Below the pieces are notes generated by a model. It did not search any database. It saw only the letters and a program-made list of their open reading frames with translations, and was not told where the DNA came from. Positions 53,448-64,000 of a stretch of DNA of 64,000 bases are shown piece by piece. The position numbers were made by a program, and so were the translations under genes. The stretch's first letter is position 1; each line of letters opens with the position of its first letter. Origin of the DNA: Octopus sinensis (Eukaryota); NCBI RefSeq assembly GCF_006345805.1, contig NC_042997.1:34472001-34536000 (forward strand), read 5' to 3'.

Positions 53448-53509
<62 letters not shown>

Positions 53510-54019
53510 TAATAATAATAAAAAAAACAGGGACATTTAACATATGAGAACAATAAAATCCTGCTCCGAAATCTATCCCAAAATATTGAGAATAAAGACA
53601 ACAAATGGAGCCTAAGTGAGAAAGTGTTGAACTATATCCGTGTAAGTAATACTCATTATAATTTACTTCTATTTTCCGAATGAAACGAGGCATTTTAAGT
53701 ATGTGTCATCTGTGTCACTTACACAGCACTTGTAAACACGCTCGCCAAAGTGACAAAGCGTTGAACTACAACGGAGTAAGTAATACTCATTAAAAGTGTT
53801 GGACTACATCCGTGTAAGTAAATATTAGATAATATCCGATTAAGTACATATCGTAAATACGCAAGTACGTAAACTAATTAATTAAGTATACCCCCTAGTT
53901 TTACATGAAACAAGCGCACACACGGACACATAAGCGAATCGAATAAAAACAAACGACAAAAACGACCCCATTATTGATCACAAAAGCATTAAAACAGATG
54001 TATATATATATATATACAC

Positions 54020-54122
<103 letters not shown>

Positions 54123-54192
54123 GGTATATATATATATCATATCTGTAATATATCTATATATATATATATATATATAATCTATATACTATATA

Positions 54193-54240
<48 letters not shown>

Positions 54241-54364
54241 CTATATATATTATATATATATATATACATACACCCCCGGCATTAAACAAATATATATTCA
54301 TTTATGTGAAAATTATTGACTGGAATAGTCGCAGAGTCAATGTACGAACATAAACGTTGCAAGC

Positions 54365-54807
54365 GTAATGGCAGAGGTACCAATCATCCTGGCAGACAAA
54401 ACTGTATTTAGAGACAGCAAGAGAAGGAAAACTAACTCAGCCATGCCATTGTAGTAAGGCGTACGATATGATCCCAAATTCTTGAACTGTGGAATTTACG
54501 AACCTATCTGGTATTGCATCGAATGTTGAGCGATTGTTTGGAAAAGTATGGCGAAGTGGACGAGGGAACTGACAGCATATGGAAGAAATTTAGAGACAGT
54601 AGAAATAGGGAGAGGTATCTTCCAAGGGGACTGCCTGTCCCCACTGATCTTTGTACTGTGCATGATACCACTAACATTGATTCTGAGGAGAGCAAAGGCT
54701 GGGTGTATATTCAAAAGCCGCTAACAAAAGGTTAACCACTTGTTATTCATGGCTGACATCAAACTTTATGGTAAAGATGAATCCCAAGTCGGTTCCCTCG
54801 TAGATAC
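54365..54807 (+). mobile_element. RLE-type (R4/Dong-like) LINE RT fragment cut by the gap
   Basis: KAYDMIP..GRGIFQGDCLSPLIFVLCMIPLTLILRR..KVNHLLFMADIKLYGK. Confidence 0.88.
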
Positions 54808-54907
54808 NNNNNNNNNNNNNNNNNNNNNNNNNNNNNNNNNNNNNNNNNNNNNNNNNNNNNNNNNNNNNNNNNNNNNNNNNNNNNNNNNNNNNNNNNNNNN
54901 NNNNNNN
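54808..54907. other. Assembly gap (100 N)
   Basis: Directly visible. Confidence 1.
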
Positions 54908-55230
54908 CAGTGGTTAGGGCAGCGGACTCGCGGTCATAGATCGCGGTTTCGATTCCCAGACCGGGCGTTGTGAGTGTTTATTGAGCGAAAACACCTAAAA
55001 GCTCTGCTGTACTCTGCTGATCCCTGCTGTACTCTTTCACCACAACTTTCTCTTACTTCCTGTTTCTGTTGTACCTGTACTTCAAAGGGCCGGCCTTGTC
55101 ACTCTCTGTGTCACGCTGATTATCCCCGAGAACTACGTTAAGGGTACACTTACACGTTAATTTCACGAGCAGGCTGTTCCGTTGATTCGGATCAACCGGA
55201 ACCCTCGTCGTCGTAACCGACGGAGTGCTT
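54908..55230 (+). mobile_element. SINE family B
   Basis: tRNA-like head cagtggttagggcagcggactc..gtttcgattccc; tail shared with 6220-6290. Confidence 0.85.
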
Positions 55231-57098
55231 CCATCCATGAAGTTCTATAAAAAGGAATTGAGTTGCAGCTTGGTTTTGTCCACTAAAACATACAAATATC
55301 GACTGCGTGACTTAAAACAAAACTAGTATGTACAGAGAGATGAAGAGTAGTAAGTTTGAAGTAACGATAAAGCACGGAATTACTAAATATAGATGCTTCT
55401 GAATGATTAAAGATGACTTAGAGCAAGTATGAAAAACGAAAACAATGCTACAAAATTAATTTCGAAATAATTGCAGTATATTCTAAAAACAAATTTCATA
55501 AAGCTCAAGATCAGTCGATGTTTCTTAAGATCATTTATTTAAAAAATAAGTACGAAATGCTATACCTGGTCAAAAAAAAAATTCTATGATAAAATTTCTC
55601 TACAGCACAGTCATAAAAGAACTGGAAATATGCAAATAACGCCGAGTAGATACCATTATTATTTTATCAGCAATGATACGTTACCTACACTCCATTATTG
55701 CCAATAAAAACCATTTGATTTCATTATTAATCTTTTGAAAAAAATGGAAGATAAAACTTGTTATTGCTTTGTGAGTGTAAGAAATCATTAATATATCGCT
55801 ATTTGTGTGCTATTATTTGCCTTATAACTATTTGTTTTCACATACATCTTATCACAAAAATATATCCGCTTTTAATTTTTCATCCCATTGGCACCAGTTA
55901 TACAATTCATTGCCAATTCGAAAAGACTATATCGAACCGAAATTTCGGGAAAGTTCTGTTTGATATTTTGATTACTATATCATTTAACTATAAAATCTTA
56001 AAGACAAAACAAAACTCAAACAAAGACTAGAAAATATATCAAACGTGCTTCAGAATATAAAATATAGAAACAGACAAATACGCTGAAACATTTTCAAACA
56101 CACACACACACACACACATGCAAACACACACTGAGAGAGAGTTTAATATCACCACACCACTCACACACCTACCAAGCATAGGTTCAACCACATAACTACG
56201 TATTTACACACAAACATACAACTATTGAAATATCTATTATGTACACATGCATACATTTAAATAGCTCTGTCCGTGTTTGTAAACATAATAAATGGCCGGG
56301 CAAATGATCTGTCTGTGAACAGTGTGTTAGATAAATAACTTGGCTAGAAACTGGTCAGACTGATACGTTTTCATGACCATCGAGAAATACGACCTGTCGT
56401 ACAAATTTATTTACTTTTCGCGGCGAGGTTAATTTTTATGTTTATTAATATATTGATGCTTATTATAAACTCATATTTCCAATTCAATTATTTCAATATA
56501 TATGTGGATGTTAGTAACTGCACGCTAATGAACTAACGAAGTGAAAGACTCTAAGTGATGAGAAGAACGATAAACAAAGAAAGGGAGAAGAGTTTGGTAT
56601 CAGATGGGTATATGAAGAGATGATGGAAGAGAGAGAGGGTAGGAGAAAAAGAGAGAGAGGAGGAGGGAATCTTTGAAGGAGCGACAAAGAAAACTTAATG
56701 ATGTAAATGGAAGGGAAATAGTAACAAAATTTGAAAGTAACAGTTGAAAATTTCCATCCCACCCACTTTTGACTCAGATTTTAAAATAAAACCAAGGTGA
56801 TAAATAATAAAAAAAAAAAGATGATGTGAATGAAAATCAGAACATAAAAATATAACATTAGTCATAAACAAAATTATAACAATAGGAATACCAGCCGCAA
56901 ATAATGGAAATAACAAACACAAACAACAGTCATAAGCAAAGATTAACCAAGATTTAATATTTCTAGTTCTTTCTTAATGAAAATATTTGAAATCTCACAC
57001 AAAGCTATGAAATAATCTATAAAAATATACAAAATTGAACGAAACTTGTTGTGGCAGATAACAATATATACATACTTATGCATGTACACATACATGCG

Positions 57099-57156
<58 letters not shown>

Positions 57157-57606
57157 TTAGAAAATCAATAGTGTATATTTACATGTGAAATTGGGCGTTC
57201 TCCAATTTCATTTGACATAAGAAATAGTAAAAAATAGAAAAGTCGGATTATACAGCATTTTGAAACTTGAAATGAAAATGCGTTATTAAATTACGACGCT
57301 AATGTAAAAGAAACATACACAAAAGAAAAGAAAAAAACTGCAAGGAATCTTAATGAATGATGAATACAAAACTCAAGGTAAACGCAACAAAACCGAACCG
57401 AAACAAAAAGAAGAAGCAAAAATTTAAATCTTAAAAGTAAAGCAATATCCGATGTAAACATACACATTAAAACAATTATAACATCAATAAATAATTATAG
57501 AAATATATGTAAATAAAGTAAGACTTCAAAATAGAAGCACAAAATATAACGTCTATGTCAATGTGTGCGTATATATATAATATATATATATATATATAGA
57601 TATATA

Positions 57607-57704
<98 letters not shown>

Positions 57705-57850
57705 TGTGTATAAGTATATTTGGATATATATATATTTATATCCACACATATATATATATACTCATATATACATAGATATACACTATATACATACATGTAT
57801 AAATACAAACATATACGCATTTATATGTGTGTATATATAAGTGTACAGTG

Positions 57851-57885
<35 letters not shown>

Positions 57886-58059
57886 ATAAGTATATTTGGA
57901 TATATGTATTTATATACATGTATAAATACATATATATATTTATATCCACACACATATATATACACACATATATATACACACATATATACATATATATACA
58001 CATATATACATACATGTACATATACAAACATATACGCCTATATATGTGTGTATATATAC

Positions 58060-58096
<37 letters not shown>

Positions 58097-58206
58097 CGTG
58101 TGTGTGTGTATGTGTGTGTGTGTGTGTGTATATACACAATGTCATGCGAAGCATTGTTGAATAGAATATATGCGCGGTAAAATCATATTAGACATACTTG
58201 AACATA

Positions 58207-58444
58207 CTTGGACGTGGGAAGAACTTCCACTGCGGAAATATCTCCAAGAGAAAAATATCTCCTCTTCGACTCAATGAGCTATGTCCGAATCATCACCAAC
58301 AATGAACATGCAAAAGAATACAGAGAGGTGTGCCTCTCACGGTCCAGTGACGTCATTCACAGATGTGTCTTTATACATGCCACCTCGAACGAGGATTTAT
58401 TTTCCGAGAGAACCTCCGCAGCCGAAGGACTTCTCACGTCCAAG
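58207..58444. mobile_element. 238-bp TA-flanked MITE; truncated second copy at 58929-59107
   Basis: TIRs cttggacgtgggaagaacttccactgcgga / tccgcagccgaaggacttctcacgtccaag; TA on both sides. Confidence 0.85.
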
Positions 58445-58624
58445 TATACTTCAGTGCGATATATATGTCTTTACGCAACGCTCTCCCCCTCCCTCATATA
58501 TGCATGCAAATATATGGGCATATGTGTATGTCTGTGTAACTGCGTTTGTACATACATCAGATGTAATGCTATGCAAATTCGTAGTAATCCTTATTAATAT
58601 TCTTAATATATATATATATGTGTG

Positions 58625-58693
<69 letters not shown>

Positions 58694-58695
<2 letters not shown>

Positions 58696-58915
58696 AGGCG
58701 CAATGGCCAAGTGGTTAGGGCAGCGGACTCGCGGTCGTAGGATCGCGGTTTCGATTCCCAGATCGGGCGTTGTGAGTGTTTATTGAGCGAAAACACCTAA
58801 AGCTCCACGAGGCTCCGGCAGGGTGGTGGTGGCGATCCCTGCTGTACCCTTTCGCCACAACTTACTCTCACTCTTTCTACTGTTGGCCTGCTCGCTTAGC
58901 CAGCGGGGTGGTCTC
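58694..58915 (+). mobile_element. SINE family B, 5' part
   Basis: ggaggcgcaatggccaagtggttaggg..gtttcgattcccaga; matches 54908-55000. Confidence 0.85.
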
Positions 58916-60276
58916 ATACGTGAGCATGCTTGGACGTGGGAAGAGCTCACACTGCGGAAATATCTCCAGGAGAAAAATATCTCCTCCGCGACTCAATGAG
59001 CTCTGTCCGAATCATCACAAACAATGAACATGCAAAAGAATGCAGAGACGTGTGCCTCTCACGCTCCAGTGACGTCATTCACAGATGTGTCTTTATACAT
59101 GCCACCTTTTGTTAACCGACTCGACTGGTTCTTATCTAAGTGTACACTAGTAATTATACTTTTATATATGTGTTTCTATAAAGGTGCACGTATCTGTACG
59201 AATATGACAGAATGTGTATAACATCTTGCATAGAAAATTTAAAAAGGAGTAAATCAAATAAGCACATGAGAGTGCCTGCTATAAGAACTGTACATTTATG
59301 ATGATATTTAAGACCCTCTAGTGTTACTCAGACTGCTGCCATAACTGACTACGTGTCAGGTTATAGGTCTCAGAATATATGTGCCTCCTCTCATTATCTC
59401 TTCTCTACTAAGATTCAACCGAATCTCTTCTCAACGACCATTTAAATATTTTAGAGGAAGTCTTCAAATTAATTAAGAAAGACTTCACACGACAGCACAG
59501 AGTAGACAGTAACACCAGTTCTCTACCATAGATTTACATCTTCTTTTCTTTCTCAACACTAATCATCAATCTATACCTAGGAGGTGAAGACTGGGAACAT
59601 CTCACACAACTTAAAATGGAACAAATTAGCTGAAATATGTAATTATTTTGGGGATATAAAATCAATACAAGCGTTGTGGAGTCGAAATTATTTAGACATT
59701 AATCGTCAAGATATATATAAAATCAGCAAACCTCACACGTATCATGGATCTTTACATACCACCGAAAGTTGATAACACTAACTTAAACATAAATAATTCG
59801 AAGAATGACGTATCTATGTATGTGTAATGTATCTGTGCGTGCTTGAGTATTTGCTTATAAATATAGAACGACTGCTTATACGCCACGTAACCAATAGGCA
59901 AATAATCTAAAATCATACTCTGAATAATGGAATAGCTGCAAAATCCCTTCAGTTAGATTCCGTTTTCTGCTATTTTTTTTTTTACAAATCTTTAATGTGG
60001 TATTAACGTCGGCTAGCAAATGATTTCAACTAGTGTGCATAACTTCATATGCCTGTCCCAGATCACAGTGTCTGTCTTTTAACATTGCATTTCATTGGTG
60101 CCTTGTCATCAATATTACACCACACATTGACTGAATGAATGGAAATCTGTACGCAAGCATGGATGCATGTACACATAGATAGATACATATCTATCTATCA
60201 ATCTATCCGTATACATATATATGTGTGTGCATATGTATATGTATACACACACACACACACACACATATATATATTA

Positions 60277-60336
<60 letters not shown>

Positions 60337-60616
60337 ATGTATTTTCCTATTTTTTTATAGTGTGATTTAACTCTTTGGAAAAACAATGTTTGCGGCTGAA
60401 CAGAGCTTTAAACCGTCTTTTATATCAATTATACACTGATATAAGAACGGATTATTTATAAAACTTGAAACACGTGCACCGCGATATCTTTTGCGTTCTG
60501 TTATTAATTTTATTTGATATATTCTCTTTCACCTCTGCCACTTTCTAGCATATACAGGTGCTTACACTTATCAAATATTCACTCTAAATTTACAGTATAT
60601 ATATATATATATATAT

Positions 60617-60826
60617 AAAGTTAATCCAAACATGAAAACACAAAGAGAAAACACAACAACGCTCGGACGTGGAACAAATATAGTATTATTGGACGCTCAG
60701 GAAAGAAGGAAAGAAGGAGGGTTTTACGTTTCGAGCGGAGCTATTCGTCAGAAACATAAGAAAAGGAAAGATCCAGAGAAGGGAAGACGGAAGAAAAAAA
60801 TCGCCAACGGTACACACGCGGTCACA
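60617..60826 (-). mobile_element. (TA)n-flanked hammerhead element, copy 2 (motif 60721-60755)
   Basis: Minus strand reads GTTT-CTGACGA-A-TAGC tcc GCTC-GAA-ACGT-A-AAAC. Confidence 0.75.
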
Positions 60827-60887
60827 TTTTGAATATATATGTATATAAATATATATGTATAAATATACATATATACATATATATATG

Positions 60888-60959
<72 letters not shown>

Positions 60960-60963
<4 letters not shown>

Positions 60964-61154
60964 ATGTTTGTGTCTGTGTTTGTACCCCACCATCGCTTGA
61001 CATCCGATGTTGGTGTACTTACCTCCCCGTAACTTAGTGGTTCGGCAAAAGTGACCAATAGATTAAATACGAGGTTTACAAATACAAGTCCTGGGGTCGA
61101 TTTCTTCGACTAAAAGGCACGGCCGCAGTTAAATGATTGAAAGAAGTAAAAGAG
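60960..61154 (+). mobile_element. SINE family A, tail half
   Basis: catcgcttgacatccgatgttggtg..ggggtcgatttcttcgactaaa..gtaaaagag. Confidence 0.8.
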
Positions 61155-61165
61155 TATATATATAT

Positions 61166-61198
<33 letters not shown>

Positions 61199-61679
61199 TA
61201 TTATACCCATTCGGAAAGTTCCAAGCAACCTCATTTGACTCACAATACGTATACTGTAAAATAAAAATTATGGTGGAAGACATGTACCCACTGATCCGTG
61301 GTGTGGAATAGAACTCCTACCCACGGAGTTTCAAAGTGAACTTCTGTCATACTTTTACAAGACAAATTGTGACAGCGACTTCGAAGTTTCGGCCAGCTAA
61401 AGCATCCCCGGATCTTGATGCATTAAGTTAGTATTAGCTGCATATAGTCTCTGAGATTAAAATTTTCTGGAGTATATGTGGGTCGGTTGATATATCTATA
61501 TATACATACACACATATATATATATATATATATATTATATAATTATATATATATATATTATATATATATATATATTATATATATATATATATATATACTT
61601 CTCTTTGTAGCACAAGGCTTTCCTATTTGGAAGCCTCTTAATGTGCTTTAACGTACACGATATTTTATATAATATATAT

Positions 61680-61882
61680 CCGCGTGTGTACCGTTGGCGA
61701 TTTTTTTCCTCTGTCTTCCCTTCTCTGGATCTTTCCTTCTCCTATGTTTCCGACGAAGACATCCGCTCGAAACGTTAAACCCTCCTTCTTTCCTTCTTTC
61801 CTGAGCGTCCAATAATACTATATTTGTTCCATGTCCTTGCGTTGTTGCGTTTTTTTTGTGCTTTCTTTTTTGGATTGACTTT
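61680..61882 (+). mobile_element. (TA)n-flanked hammerhead element, copy 3 (motif 61746-61780, stem II damaged)
   Basis: GTTT-CCGACGA-A-GACA tcc GCTC-GAA-ACGT-T-AAAC. Confidence 0.75.
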
Positions 61883-62162
61883 ATGTATATATATATATAC
61901 ATATATATACATACACACACACACACACACTCTTTATTTGTAGATTAACCGGGTTATCATTGGTTTCGTGTTTAGAGAGATATCACTTTACAGTTATCAA
62001 ACCTGTTACATGGAACTTTGGTATTCGTCTCCATCTGAGATATATTTCTTATCATGAAGCCACTGGTAGTAGGGTTTGCCTACAAATAAAGAATATTCAT
62101 CCAGCAATGCTGTGTTGAGCTGCCACACACACACACACACACCACACACACACACAGACACA

Positions 62163-62202
<40 letters not shown>

Positions 62203-64000
62203 ATTTTGTTGTTAATACTTTTTAAGCAACTGAGATTAAGTATCATTCGTACTGAGTAACCTATATTTCTTGACCTACTCAGTCTAGGTGGGATGTTTGA
62301 ATGAACCATGCTAACGTTTATTTATACATATTTTTTTCAGACTTACAAATTAAATGTAAATCTATCGTACATCAATTTCCATTACCTTTAAGTAATCAGA
62401 ATAATTTCATTAGTAGTTGCCATTAATGTATGTATGTGCTATCAGCACAAAGAACAAATGAAATCACTCCAAAACAATGAAGACTCTGCTGACAAAGCGA
62501 ATTGATTTATCAGTAAGATGGAAGTTGAAAGCAATGGATGTATAGTAGAATTAACGCAGCGACTTAGATTTAATTCATGTTTATATTTACTTTACAGTTG
62601 TGACGTCGATACATTTCTTTGGGAAAGAATCCATGCCAAAAACTTTAAATTCAATGATCTACGAATATGTATAGCTAAACAATACACTTTGATAATTATT
62701 AACAACGAATTTCTGGCCGTATTGACAACTCATCTAACAACTAGTCAAAGGCTGGAGCAGTTTGCTTTGTACTCATAGTAAAGATAATGTCTATAGATGA
62801 GCCAGTCTAGTTTGCCGGCCAATGTAATATAGTAAATCACTGCTGTAAGCTGTAGAAGCAGCATCAACGTAGAAATAGTGGATATTGTGTCAATCTGCAG
62901 TACGATCGTCCAACGTGAGATATAAACCAAGCTCGTATTTAGGTGGAGATTTAGTTTTCATCCGATTAACAGTAGAGAAACGAAAGATAAACGTCAGTCG
63001 TATGTCTCCTGATTAAAAAAATGTTAGGTTATTTAAACCGATTTCTAGTGATTGAATAAGACACAACAAGCTAGGTCTTAAGGGTAACTATATGGAGAAT
63101 GTACTGAAGTTCTGGGATTGAGTGGTCTGTTGGATATACCTAAGGAGAGTTGGTTATTTCCTAGCCTGATTCAGTTATAAATAGACTGTCGATTGGATGC
63201 ACAGTCTATGGAATATATAATACTGAAGTTCAAACCAACTTTCAAAGAATTAAGCCACAGAAAACTCTTTATTTGTTCAAGCATTCGGGTCAGCCTACCA
63301 TAGACATAGCATATATTAGCAGCAGAACTCAACAGCACGGGTTAATAATTCAGTAATTTGTTATGCAAGTCCTCAGATTCACAATTAGCAGTAAAAATTA
63401 ACCTTTCTGTGTTATCCATTGCAGCTGTACGCGAAGGATGACAGCAAATGAATTGGCGTTACAATACACGAAAAGCGGCACGATCAAAAGAATAAAATCC
63501 TCAATATCCTCTGTAATAGATTTGCCTCTACATTCTCCGAGAGAAATGAAAACGTCAAATAGATGCATGTGATATATAAACAATTTATCAGAATTCAAAA
63601 ATATTTAATTAATTTCTAGCTTTTTGCTTTTTATTTCGTTGATGTCAAACTCGATTCATTATCATTATGAATGTTCACCGTATCCAACTATCAACTTTAT
63701 CCATTATAATTAAACATTGTTTATAATCTTTCTTTACACTCGTACACACGTATACACACACACACACACGTACACACACACACTCACACACACACACACA
63801 CATATATATTTATATATACACACACATGTTTATCAAGTTTCGTTCTTAAATAATAGCGATTTTCGTTAGGTAGGCTTTTCATATAGAGTGAAATGATTTT
63901 CAGTGGATTTGCTGTAATAATTTTTGTTTAATGAAAGGAGAGATGGTGGTGGAATCATATACTGTCGGAAGGAATACTTTCCGCTTTCGAGTCAAGCTGA

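Noticed and set aside
50619-53693. Poly-F/K/E/S/I/Y/H ORFs of 73-215 aa
   Set aside because: Triplet-repeat artefacts.
58694-58770. tRNA-like sequences (also 15868, 35440-35514 and 39381)
   Set aside because: A/B boxes are present but there is no complete cloverleaf, and each continues into a SINE body; these are SINE heads, not tRNA genes.
62500-63600. Hydrophobic minus-strand ORFs suggestive of a 7TM pseudogene, and a plus-strand acceptor-led frame at 63425-63572
   Set aside because: There are many stops between the pieces and no diagnostic GPCR motifs; it cannot be supported without a homology search.

Overview
This is an AT-rich, microsatellite-saturated eukaryotic window with no intact host gene that I can recognise. 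The SINE families and the density of (TA)n/(CA)n/(CATA)n repeats suggest a cephalopod (Octopus-like) intergenic or intronic region; this is inference, not a database result. Most of the identifiable sequence is mobile-element debris: at least three tRNA-headed SINE families plus two degraded tRNA-like heads; mariner, maT/Tc1-like and Tigger/pogo transposase relics; TA-flanked MITEs; Helentron-like non-autonomous elements; CR1-type and RLE-type (R4/Dong-like) LINE relics; and one Penelope-like (GIY-YIG) element. The most notable signal is a set of short (TA)n-anchored elements carrying hammerhead ribozyme motifs. One is a fully canonical type I hammerhead at 19696-19800. Four are minimal or degenerate motifs (10720, 52759, 60721, 61746). 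Two palindromes fold back exactly at the hammerhead C|GAAA junction. There is one 100-N assembly gap. Nearly all long ORFs in the supplied track are microsatellite artefacts. All motif calls were made by eye, and TE relic boundaries are approximate.
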